DNA from: Nitrospiraceae bacterium
GTDB taxonomy: Bacteria; Nitrospirota; Nitrospiria; Nitrospirales; Nitrospiraceae
Direction: 5' to 3'
Length of the DNA: 64,000 bases
Assembly (NCBI GenBank): GCA_050246315.1
Contig: JBFWWG010000001.1
Location: 416,001-480,000, forward strand
The notes below the pieces were generated by a model. The model was given only the letters and a program-made list of their open reading frames with translations. It had not been told where the DNA came from and did not search any database. Each line of letters opens with the position of its first letter. Position 1 is the first letter of the stretch. The position numbers and the translations under genes were made by a program. Shown piece by piece: positions 11,101-18,906 of the stretch.

Positions 11101-11459
11101 CCATGGGTGAGACAGGCGCGCAGTACCTCGTGGTGCGAGATGCGGCAGGGGCCCAGGGTGAGGGACTGGCGCGACGCCAGGGGGTTCAGAGCCTTATCTA
11201 AGTGGTGGAGCTGGATTCGGCCCGAACGGAGGTAGTCGCGATATTGCTCCCCGGAGAGATAGCCCGTGCCTCCCAGATACTGCCGTCCCCGTTGGACCGT
11301 TTCATCGAAGGGCAAATATTCAAGGCTATGCAGCGGGTTGTGGTGGACGAATGTCCGCATCGGCCAATATTGCCCGATGACTTCGCTGGCCAGGCGAATG
11401 GTCCCGCGCAATTCCATGCGACGGATCTCACGATCCGGAGCCGTATTCAGCGGTTCCAT
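8196..11459 (-). CDS. dabA: Inorganic carbon transporter subunit DabA (DUF2309/MpsB)
   Basis: WPMRTFVHHNPL, CLDVRSE, HGS, LDCGACGG, DWSQVRPEWGL, GRVFLHSY, WINMEHYFS, HEPMRL motifs; start set at MEPLN. Confidence 0.95.
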   Translation of the reverse strand: MEPLNTAPDREIRRMELRGTIRLASEVIGQYWPMRTFVHHNPLHSLEYLPFDETVQRGRQYLGGTGYLSGEQYRDYLRSGRIQLHHLDKALNPLASRQSLTLGPCRISHHEVLRACLTHGLSASTNEPLDALLDQGPGEEQVEAIAEYLALWTAPTFQDRMTGDIQKDLAVLGRYRTLSGWCDQTLGTQIGAQINAELIKWCEAFLDEGHATWPMPGREAGFYAAWKALAAREWSPCGIVDSRIKISALPDHPEDAVLDSLEALGIPESLRLDYLSLQLAALPGWAGFIKWRAETTGYAWQEAYEVGLVKFLAVRLWYVRELVQQTCRDHLGVAGNYDVISDYMRQRPYEYFLRKERVGGRLLPFYAAQVDRLVEIGETEQAWHELANRYQAEVGPLHDRAARRSMARRLLTLAQALEMVPTVLLEAAPAELRQLVDWMEAFPESLHGPVWLRSFEASYQDQLLGMLLRAAANQDRAVHDSGPSVRPHSQSVYCLDVRSEPFRRHLESTGANETYGFAGFFAVFMKYRAWGKEHETEQFPVIMRAKNEVREIPRSYFEHFVSKHESRAKLIHAGHTLLHDLKENVVTPYVMVESLGWFYSFPLIGKTLLPALYKRATGWLRHLLVPPIATSVTVDKLPPSETEEMIVAEQRALIWKALRDRFGLHGSRMDHEFVEALRRRALDPDAPVEPFLSEAARAVDLSREQLAGFVEELRRDYRINPRAASRQKERITRTGFTLDEQVVTVETTLRMMGLTRNFARLIVFCAHGSTSDNNPFESALDCGACGGNEGNPNARVLAAMANKPPVRERLAKRGIEIPPDTHFLAGQMDTTTDEVTLFDLEDVPPTHRKDIARLVADFREAARLTSQERCSRLPDGNPVLPAEEAAAHVRERSADWSQVRPEWGLSGNTAFIIGRRTLTKGLHLGGRVFLHSYDYREDPTARLLEILLTGPQLVAQWINMEHYFSTVDNEVYGGGSKIYHNVVGRLGIMSGPWSDLRLGLAWQTVMNGQIPYHEPMRLLTVVEAPLAKLEKLIARHEVLQHFYHNEWVHLVAIEPADGLCYRYLPSKEWRKVERAQPEHLSAGIERS

Positions 11460-12751
11460 GCCGATGACTCCAACGAAGAGGAGAACCGATCCGGTGCGGT
11501 ACCCGTGTCGAACCACCTGGACGGCATCACGCCTAAGACGGCCAACAGGACAAGCACCAGGACCAGGGACGCCGCTTCTGTCTCCCGGACGTCCTCGTAG
11601 TGAAGATCGGAGCGAGGCCGACCGAAGAGCAGGCGCTGCATGAGGTCGAGGTAGTACCACGAAGCGGCCAGCCAGACGAGTGCGACGACGACAAACGAAC
11701 CCGGAAGTGTCAGATCCGGATGCAGCATCATGCCCATGAATCCGGAGAACACCCCGAAGGGCGGAAACCCCAACGCGGCCAGGGCCAACAGGGAAAACAG
11801 ACTTGCGAAGCGCGGCATCGGTTGAACCAATCCTCCTAGGGCGCGGAGATCGAGATCACCGTACCGGACTCTAATCACATGCCACCCGAGATGGAGTCCG
11901 CCGGTAGTCAGACCCACGGCTGAAACGAAGAGCGCCGCTTGAGACGGGAGGGAGTCCCCGATGGTTACGTACCACCAAAAAATCGAAAAGAACGCCAGGC
12001 TGGCATGGGCGAGGAGGTGCACCGGTCGAGACTGAGTCAGCGACCGCACCGTGCCGTAGAGCATGCCCGCCAGCGCCAACCAACCGATGCTGTCGCGGGC
12101 CGGCTCCGGGAGAGAGGGAAGCACGGTGAGCAGTTCCGGTAATCCGGCAACGGGTAGCGCCAACGAAAGGTAGGCGGACAGATTGCCCGGCAATCTGGTC
12201 AGGCAGGCCACGTAGCCCGCTTGTAACGGAAACAACGGAATGAGGACCAGGGAGACGAACAAAGCGGCCGGCAGCGAAACCGACTCCGGCGCGATCGCGC
12301 TCACCATCGCGGCAACGGCACCGGCTCCATAGGTCGCCATGCCCCAGGTGGGAGAGGGGGCCGAGTCGGTTCGGATCCTGGCAAGCAGCGCCACGATGAG
12401 CGTCAGCAACAGGCCCAGCAGGAACGACTTTACTGGGTTGGAGGCATTCGCGGTCGCCAGCCCGATCCCCATCAGCACGACCGTCATCAGCCAAGCCGGA
12501 CGGTTATCCCGATGGAGCGGCTGCCCCAGCAGCGAGGCGAACGCTGCCACCGGCAGCAGGCAGAGGAGCGGCATGTTCGAAGGCGGTGAGCTCCTCGCCG
12601 CGGCCGCTCCAATGACGGTCAGCAGGCTGGCGGCTATCGTGAGGAGGAGCCCGGTCTTGAACCCTCGGGGCTTCGACCATGCCAGCGTGCTCAAGAGGGC
12701 CCCGGCCGAGGGGACTGCGAGCAGCAGCCACGGCGTCATCCAAGCATCCAT
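11447..12751 (-). CDS. Proton-conducting membrane subunit (NuoM/MrpD-like) of the DAB complex
   Basis: Highly hydrophobic; LIPLFPLQ, LGGLVQPMPRFA, ALGFPPFGVFSG; overlaps the dabA start. Confidence 0.8.
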   Translation of the reverse strand: MDAWMTPWLLLAVPSAGALLSTLAWSKPRGFKTGLLLTIAASLLTVIGAAAARSSPPSNMPLLCLLPVAAFASLLGQPLHRDNRPAWLMTVVLMGIGLATANASNPVKSFLLGLLLTLIVALLARIRTDSAPSPTWGMATYGAGAVAAMVSAIAPESVSLPAALFVSLVLIPLFPLQAGYVACLTRLPGNLSAYLSLALPVAGLPELLTVLPSLPEPARDSIGWLALAGMLYGTVRSLTQSRPVHLLAHASLAFFSIFWWYVTIGDSLPSQAALFVSAVGLTTGGLHLGWHVIRVRYGDLDLRALGGLVQPMPRFASLFSLLALAALGFPPFGVFSGFMGMMLHPDLTLPGSFVVVALVWLAASWYYLDLMQRLLFGRPRSDLHYEDVRETEAASLVLVLVLLAVLGVMPSRWFDTGTAPDRFSSSLESSAWNR

Positions 12752-12768
12752 GACAATCTCAATTCTAG

Positions 12769-12866
12769 GGAAGGTCTGATCAATTCAAAATCCTAGGCCG
12801 CGATCCGCCAGATTTCCCGTCTTTTGTACACCTACCAATCGAAATTGGGAATTATTCAGACCTTCC
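12769..12866. mobile_element. 98-bp MITE with IS5-like ends, copy 1
   Basis: TIRs GGAAGGTCTGATCAATTC / GAATTATTCAGACCTTCC; flanked by CTAG (12765-12768, 12867-12870); identical to 31275-31372. Confidence 0.92.
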
Positions 12867-14567
12867 CTAGCCTCGCCGCCCGGCGGCGAGCCGCTCAAAG
12901 CGGGACGCCGCACGCATGATGGCCTGTCCCAGTTTCATATAGACCAGATCCACATACAGTCGGTTCATGAATATCACGTAGAGCGTCGCGAGGAGGCTTT
13001 CCACCCAGGTCGGCATTCGGATCGTGCGGCCGTGCGCCCGCGCATAGAGATAGCCCCAGCCGGAAATCGTCAGCAGGATCATGCCGACCACCATGAGATC
13101 GAAGAGGCGACCCGGCAGCGCCGCCGCCCTAAAGTAGCCGGCGACCTCGTCCGGGTTCGGATAGAGGAAGTGGGTGAAGCTTTCCGCCGCGAATAGATAG
13201 GTGAAGATGACCAGCACCAGGGTCATCAGCATGGCCAGCGACACCTTCCAAGACGCGACCTCATGAATGCGGGTCAGCGAAAGAATAGCCTGCGACGAGG
13301 TCACCCAGATGAAAAACAGAAAAATGACGGTGCCTTGAGATTCGAGGAGGGGAATGCGCAGGATTCCGTGGGTGCCCAGGAGGATCACCAGGGGGAGGAA
13401 CAATGTCGTGAAGAACCCGGTGGACCAGGTCAAGGTCGAGAACGGCCGGTTCTCTTCCTCCTGAGCGGGGTGAGGGAACGAGGGTTCTTGCCGAGCCTTG
13501 TGAATCACGTTGCCGCAGTTGAGAAACACCGTCGCCTTGAAAATCCCGTGGGCGATGAGATGGAACACGGCCAACGAAAACGCGCCAAGGCCGCATTCCA
13601 TGATCATGTAGCCCATCTGTCCGATCGTGGAAAATCCGAGCGTCTTCTTGATGTCGTTCTGCGTCAGCATCATGGTGGCGCCCAGGATCGCCGTGAGCGT
13701 ACCGATGGCGAAGGCCACGTGCAGCGCCGTCGGACTCAGCCCGTACAGCGGCGCCAGCCGATTCATGAGAAAGCCGCCCGCATTGATGATCCCCGCATGG
13801 AGGAGCGCGTGGACCGGGGTGGGCGCATAGAGGGAACTGGGCAGCCACACGTGGATCGGAAACTGCGCCGACTTGCTCATGCCGCCGATGAGGATGAGCA
13901 AAGTCACGGCGGTGGCGCCACCGACTTCCACACCGGGCCAGAACGAGAGCGTGATCGGTGTGGAGGCGGCGCGGGCGAACAGCTCTTGGAATTCGACCGT
14001 CTCGTACAGAGAATAGGCCAGCACAATCCCCACCAGGAACGCCACGTCGCCCACGCGGAGAAACCAAAAGGTCTTGCAGGCGCCGTCGAGCGTGGCGACA
14101 TGCGCATGATTGTGCGCCAACAGAAAGAGCAGCCACGACAGAATCTGCCAAAAGACGAACAGCATGAGGAGATTGGCGCTGGAGACCATGCAGAGCAGCA
14201 CGAAGGTTGCGAAAGCGATCAGACTCATGTATCGACGATAGTGACGATCCTGATACATGTAGCGGCTCGAATAGAGATAGATGATCGTCGAGACCAAACT
14301 GATCAACGTCATCATGACGGCGCTGAGACGGTCGATGAAGAAGCCCAGCGGGAGCGCAATTCCATCGAGGGCAACCGAATCGTACAATCGGACACTCACA
14401 GGCCCCTGCGAGGACACCAGCGCCAACGCCGTGACCGATCCCAGACAGGCCGCCACGATCGGCAGGGCCCCGAGCCTCACGTGCTGCTCTTCCTGCCCGC
14501 GATCGCTGAGCGCGATCAAGATCGCGGACACCAGAGGCAGGAGCGGAACGACAATCAACCACGACAT
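12867..14567 (-). CDS. dabB: Inorganic carbon transporter membrane subunit DabB (NuoL/ND5-like, MpsA)
   Basis: DRLSAVMM, RVGDVAF, KSAQFPIHVWLP, PTPVHALLHAG, DIKKTLGFSTIGQMG, HGIFKATVFL; upstream of DUF2309. Confidence 0.9.
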   Translation of the reverse strand: MSWLIVVPLLPLVSAILIALSDRGQEEQHVRLGALPIVAACLGSVTALALVSSQGPVSVRLYDSVALDGIALPLGFFIDRLSAVMMTLISLVSTIIYLYSSRYMYQDRHYRRYMSLIAFATFVLLCMVSSANLLMLFVFWQILSWLLFLLAHNHAHVATLDGACKTFWFLRVGDVAFLVGIVLAYSLYETVEFQELFARAASTPITLSFWPGVEVGGATAVTLLILIGGMSKSAQFPIHVWLPSSLYAPTPVHALLHAGIINAGGFLMNRLAPLYGLSPTALHVAFAIGTLTAILGATMMLTQNDIKKTLGFSTIGQMGYMIMECGLGAFSLAVFHLIAHGIFKATVFLNCGNVIHKARQEPSFPHPAQEEENRPFSTLTWSTGFFTTLFLPLVILLGTHGILRIPLLESQGTVIFLFFIWVTSSQAILSLTRIHEVASWKVSLAMLMTLVLVIFTYLFAAESFTHFLYPNPDEVAGYFRAAALPGRLFDLMVVGMILLTISGWGYLYARAHGRTIRMPTWVESLLATLYVIFMNRLYVDLVYMKLGQAIMRAASRFERLAAGRRG

Positions 14568-14902
14568 CGATGGTCCAAGCTCCCGCTCCGATCGTGCGAC
14601 AGGATTGCGCTATGGCGCGTCATCAGTTCCTAGCCACCTAGCCCGCATTCTGCATGACGGTTTGTCGCGAAAGTGCGCAGTCGCCATTCGTTGGACCGAT
14701 TGCGCGGGAAAGAGCAATGGGTACCCCCGCGCGGAGCCGCCAGGAAGGCAGGCAGACTTGAAACAGTCTGTTGACCCCACCGAGCGGCGAGGCCGCCTGC
14801 CACCATACCGTCGAAGCCGCATGGTGGCTTGTCGCAGCGGCGAAACCGCGATGGCAGTAGAAGCGTTCATGGGTCATGCGGACTCCCGAATGCTCGTCCC
14901 GT

Positions 14903-14959
14903 AAAAACACAAAAAGCCAGCTTCCCTCCCCGGTGAAACGGCAGGGCTTGAGCTGGCTT
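14903..14959 (-). terminator. Intrinsic terminator inside the dabB leader
   Basis: AAGCCAGCT (14914-14922) / AGCTGGCTT (14951-14959) with inner CCCT/AGGG and CCG/CGG pairs; UUUUUGUGUUUUU follows on the minus strand. Confidence 0.8.
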
Positions 14960-15110
14960 GTACTGCGACCGGCCTCTTCAGCGATCAGGAGAGCCGGCTG
15001 CCCTACAACCTCATGGCGATCGGCACGTCGCACGGCTCCTTCCGTCTCGCACCCGATTCCGGAAAGCAGGAGATGGATAGCACCGCCGACCCCATCAATC
15101 GGAAACAGGC
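14903..15110 (-). promoter_or_regulatory. Structured leader RNA / putative attenuator of the dab operon
   Basis: Several stems between promoter and terminator; GGUUGUA (15010-15004) can pair with UACAAGCC (14962-14955), which overlaps the terminator 5' arm. Confidence 0.6.
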
Positions 15111-15113
15111 ACC

Positions 15114-15143
15114 GTTATATTCTTCCATCACTTTCATGGTCAA
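15114..15143 (-). promoter_or_regulatory. Sigma70-type promoter for the dab leader
   Basis: Minus strand TTGACC-N18-TATAAC. Confidence 0.55.
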
Positions 15144-15289
15144 GAGAGCCCGCCCTTCCTGTGCCCCGACGTGACGGGGTAGTCGCGAGGTAGGGTGGTC
15201 GATCGCCGGGATGCACCATTGTGCTCTCCGGGACGCCTCTGCATAATGCGCGAGATCTCGATTGCCTATGGATTGGAAGGGGATCGGCC

Positions 15290-15673
15290 ATGTCGAATCA
15301 TCAGAAGGGAAGAGGGACGAAAGGCGAGATGGAGGCGGCCGTCAGGAATGCCATTATCAGATTTGAACAGGAATTCATGGGACGGGGACCGGACGATGTT
15401 CGGGCCTTTATCGTTCGAGATATCCTCCTGGTCCGACTGAAGGGGGTGCTCACGCCGGCGGAGCGGCAGCTCGCGAAGACGTCCGACGGGATCAAGATGG
15501 TGAAACAGATGAGACAGAACCTCATCGCCCAGGGGAGGGACCGTTTGTGCGAGCAAGTCGGCGAGATCACTGGCACCAAGACGGTGGCGCTCTTCACGGA
15601 TATCGACACCTTCGTGGGAGAACGGGTCATCGTCTTCACCCTGGACCGTGATCTCGAAACGTCTTTCCAATAG
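15290..15673 (+). CDS. DUF2294 / MpsC family protein
   Basis: TKGEMEAAV...FEQEFMGRGP...LVRLKGVLTPAERQL...TDIDTFVGERVIVFTL; divergent from dabB. Confidence 0.88.
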   Translation: MSNHQKGRGTKGEMEAAVRNAIIRFEQEFMGRGPDDVRAFIVRDILLVRLKGVLTPAERQLAKTSDGIKMVKQMRQNLIAQGRDRLCEQVGEITGTKTVALFTDIDTFVGERVIVFTLDRDLETSFQ

Positions 15674-15931
15674 GCCTCGACCGGGATACTAGGCTCAAGA
15701 AGCTCCTAGCCCGCGCCCGGATGATTCATGATGATTCGTGACGAAAGGGCGGAGTCGCGTCGCGAGATGGGTGCATGGAGACGTGAAGGTCTGAAGCAGA
15801 CTTGAAATAGTCAGTAGACCGACCGGGCGGCAAGCCCGCCCGGTCGGCTGCCCTTCCGGCGCAGCCAACCGTGTTAATGCGGGTGAGGGCTGCCCGGCCC
15901 GGTTTCGGCAGCGACAAAGCGCGAAGGAGCG

Positions 15932-16191
15932 ATGGGAAAACGCATCCGGGCGTATACTATTTCAAATCGAGATTTTTCAGCAGAAGCAGACGCTATTCAA
16001 GAACTGGCTAAGCATCGGCATCTCCGAGCCCTGGTTATCACCTGCTCAGACTCGCGGACCGTTACTGCCAGACTGCGCAAGGCCTTCCTGCATCTGCACG
16101 ACGAGGTCTATTCGATTGCCACGGCGATATCTGGGCCTACGACGCCAAGCGCGAGATCTTCGCTTCCTTGGACAAGAAGGTGGCGGGCTGA
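15932..16191 (+). pseudogene. Beta-carbonic anhydrase remnant
   Basis: AAGGAG RBS; ELAKHRHLRALVITCSDSR joined directly to a C-terminal-like VTARLRKAFLHLHDEVYSIAT and, after a frameshift, GDIWAYD; central HxxC region missing. Confidence 0.7.
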
Positions 16192-16377
16192 TCGCAGTCG
16201 AGACCCCTTGCACCTGGTTGGATGATGGCGCGGCGTGGTACAACGATCTCGTAGCCGTACTCCTCAAGGGGGAAGACAGGATCGTTGATCATTCCTCCGG
16301 CCGCTTACTCAAGGGCTCGAAGGTTCGTACCAATTTGACACAACGTCGAGCGCAGTCCTGTTTGATCGAACGACACC

Positions 16378-17856
16378 ATGCCGAATTTCCGTACACTCGA
16401 AGCCCTCCGTTTCGACAACACCTATGCGCGGCTGCCGGAGACCTTTTACGCCAAACTTAATCCAACGCCGTTTGCCACGACGCCCCACCTCGTCAGTTTT
16501 AATTCTGCGGCAGCCGCGCTGATCGATCTCGATCCCGAGCAAGCGACCAGACCTGAATTTGCCGGCGTCTTCGGCGGAAGCCTGCTCGTGCCGGGCATGG
16601 AACCGCTCGCGATGTTGTACGCCGGCCATCAGTTCGGGGTATATGTCCCGCAACTCGGCGACGGGCGGGCGATTCTCCTGGGCGAAGCGGTGAGCGACTC
16701 CGGCACGCGGTGGGACTTGCAGCTCAAAGGGGCGGGGTTGACGCCGTTTTCCCGCGACGGGGACGGGCGGGCCGTCCTGCGTTCGACCATCCGCGAGTAC
16801 CTCTGCTGCGAAGCGATGCAGGGACTGGGCATCCCGACCACGCGCGCGCTCTCGATCGTCGGCAGCGACGACCGTGTCTACCGCGAACAGATCGAAACCG
16901 GCGCCATGCTGCTGCGCATGGCCCCGTCCCATGTCCGGTTCGGCACGTTCGAGGTCTTTTACTATCGCCAACAGTATGACCAGCTTAGAATCTTGGTCGA
17001 TTATGTGATCGAGCACTTCTATCCTCATTTGATGTCCCGCTCCGAGAGGTATGCCGAATTCTTCGAGGAGGTCGTCGTTCGGACGGCGGAGCTGATCGCG
17101 CAATGGCAGGCGATCGGGTGGGCGCACGGCGTAATGAACACCGACAATATGTCCATTCTCGGCATCACGCTCGACTACGGTCCCTACGGCTTCATGGACG
17201 ACTATGAGCCGGGATTTATCTGCAACCACTCGGACCACAATGGGCGCTATGCGTTCGACCAGCAGCCATATATCGGCTTGTGGAATCTCAGTTGCCTCGC
17301 GCAGGCGCTGTTGCCGCTCGCGCCGAAGGAGGCTCTGAAGCCGGCACTCGACAGCTATACGCTCGTCTTCGACCGGGCGTGGCTGATGCGCATGCGCCGC
17401 AAGCTGGGTCTGGTACAGGAACGAGCCGACGACGCGGTGCTCGTCTCCGATCTGTTGAGCATGATGGCGGCAAGCCGTACCGACTACACGAGGCTGTTTC
17501 GTTCGCTGTGTGAGTTCTCGTTGAGCGACGACGGCCGCAACGAGACGATACGCGATCAGTTCCTGGATCGGCATGGATTCGACCGCTGGGGAGACCGGTA
17601 CCGGACCCGGTTGCGCGAAGAAGCGAGCCGGGACGAGGATCGCCGCCGCCGGATGCAGCGCGTGAATCCGAAGTACATCCTGCGAAATTATCTGGCGCAG
17701 GCGGCGATCGAGAAAGCGCAACAGAAGGAGTATGCCGAGATCGATCGCCTGCTGGTACTTCTCCATCATCCTTTCGATGACCATTCTGGGATGGAGTCCT
17801 ACGCGCTCCCACCACCCCACTGGGGGAAGCACCTCGTCGTGAGTTGCTCATCCTGA
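16378..17856 (+). CDS. selO: Protein adenylyltransferase SelO (YdiU)
   Basis: YAGHQFG, QLGDGRA, LKGAGLTPFSRDGDGRAVLRS, HGVMNTDNMS, NPKYILRNY; ends in CSS. Confidence 0.96.
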   Translation: MPNFRTLEALRFDNTYARLPETFYAKLNPTPFATTPHLVSFNSAAAALIDLDPEQATRPEFAGVFGGSLLVPGMEPLAMLYAGHQFGVYVPQLGDGRAILLGEAVSDSGTRWDLQLKGAGLTPFSRDGDGRAVLRSTIREYLCCEAMQGLGIPTTRALSIVGSDDRVYREQIETGAMLLRMAPSHVRFGTFEVFYYRQQYDQLRILVDYVIEHFYPHLMSRSERYAEFFEEVVVRTAELIAQWQAIGWAHGVMNTDNMSILGITLDYGPYGFMDDYEPGFICNHSDHNGRYAFDQQPYIGLWNLSCLAQALLPLAPKEALKPALDSYTLVFDRAWLMRMRRKLGLVQERADDAVLVSDLLSMMAASRTDYTRLFRSLCEFSLSDDGRNETIRDQFLDRHGFDRWGDRYRTRLREEASRDEDRRRRMQRVNPKYILRNYLAQAAIEKAQQKEYAEIDRLLVLLHHPFDDHSGMESYALPPPHWGKHLVVSCSS

Positions 17857-18039
17857 TCGCCGTGTGCCCTGCACTCGGCCTCAGCATTCGAATACGATGA
17901 CAACCTGTTTTTCCACGACTTCATCTTCGGGCGCGTCCATCGGCTGTTCTTGGGGGGGTGCGGATTTTCGGAAGTCGGTTCGTCCACGGTGACAAGCCTC
18001 ATGGACCGCTGCACCAGTGGAGTGTTAGGCTCAGCACTC

Positions 18040-18759
18040 ATGCGTCACCGACAGATGGCAGGACTGACGATCCGTCTAACCGGCGGTACGGATGGGAAGG
18101 GGGCAGGCAACGGTCCACTGGTGATCCTGCTCCACGGCTTCGGCGCGCCTGGGGACGACCTGGTGTCCTTAGCCGACGCGATGGAGGCGCCGACCGGCAC
18201 CAGATTTCTCTTCCCCGAAGGGCCGCTCTCGTTGAACTTCGGATTTGGCGATGCTCGTGCCTGGTGGATCATCGACATGAACAAGATCGCTCAGGACCGG
18301 GCGGCCGGTCGCCTTCGTGACCCAAGGGTCGAGGTCCCAAAGGGCCTGGCTCCGGCTCGTGAGCAGGTCTTGGCCTTGTTGGAGGAATTGGACCGGAGGT
18401 TTGAAGTCGATCCGGCCCAGACGGTGATCGGCGGCTTCTCCCAAGGAGCGATGCTGGCCTGCGACACGGTGTTACGGACGCGCCGGCCCTTCGCGGGGCT
18501 GGTCATGTTGTCTGGCACGCTCCTGTGCCGGCAAGATTGGGAGCCGCTCATGCCGGCGCGCCGTGGGCTACCTGTGTTTCAGAGCCACGGCCTGCACGAC
18601 GATCTATTGGCCCATCCATTCGCCGAAGAGCTGCGCGACGGCCTTACGGTGGCCGGCCTCCCCGTGGAGTGGATCTCATTCCGCGGCGGGCATGAGATCC
18701 CGGAGCCGGTCGTGAGACGAATCGGGACCTATCTACACCGGATATTCCTGAATCGATGA
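18040..18759 (+). CDS. Phospholipase/carboxylesterase (alpha/beta hydrolase)
   Basis: LLHGFGA, GGFSQGAM, HGLHDD, GGHEI. Confidence 0.9.
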   Translation: MRHRQMAGLTIRLTGGTDGKGAGNGPLVILLHGFGAPGDDLVSLADAMEAPTGTRFLFPEGPLSLNFGFGDARAWWIIDMNKIAQDRAAGRLRDPRVEVPKGLAPAREQVLALLEELDRRFEVDPAQTVIGGFSQGAMLACDTVLRTRRPFAGLVMLSGTLLCRQDWEPLMPARRGLPVFQSHGLHDDLLAHPFAEELRDGLTVAGLPVEWISFRGGHEIPEPVVRRIGTYLHRIFLNR

Positions 18760-18869
18760 AGCGATTGACTTGATCGCGCCGGCTTTCAACATGATGGGTG
18801 AGCGCGCCAACACCATCACCTCCGAACGACGAGAGTGGTCGCAATCGACCGGCTGGACGGGCTCACCCC

Positions 18870-18906
18870 TCACGGCCTCAACGTACTGGTTCCAGTACGC
18901 CTCAGC
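18870..18906. repeat. Intergenic palindrome (REP-like)
   Basis: CGTACTGG-TT-CCAGTACG hairpin (18882-18899) within CTCAACGTAC...GTACGCCTCA. Confidence 0.45.

Noticed and set aside
11460..11660. N-terminal extension of the 1154-aa dabA ORF
   Set aside because: Overlaps the upstream gene by ~200 nt; the ATG at 11459 fits better.
14610..14870. 86-aa ORF in the dab leader as a real gene or leader peptide
   Set aside because: Arg/Ala-rich GC-shadow composition; its similarity to ORF 15726-15917 is explained by the DNA repeat and breaks at an indel.
17848..17856. SelO terminal TGA as selenocysteine
   Set aside because: The protein ends CSS like Cys-type bacterial SelO; the TGA follows the motif.
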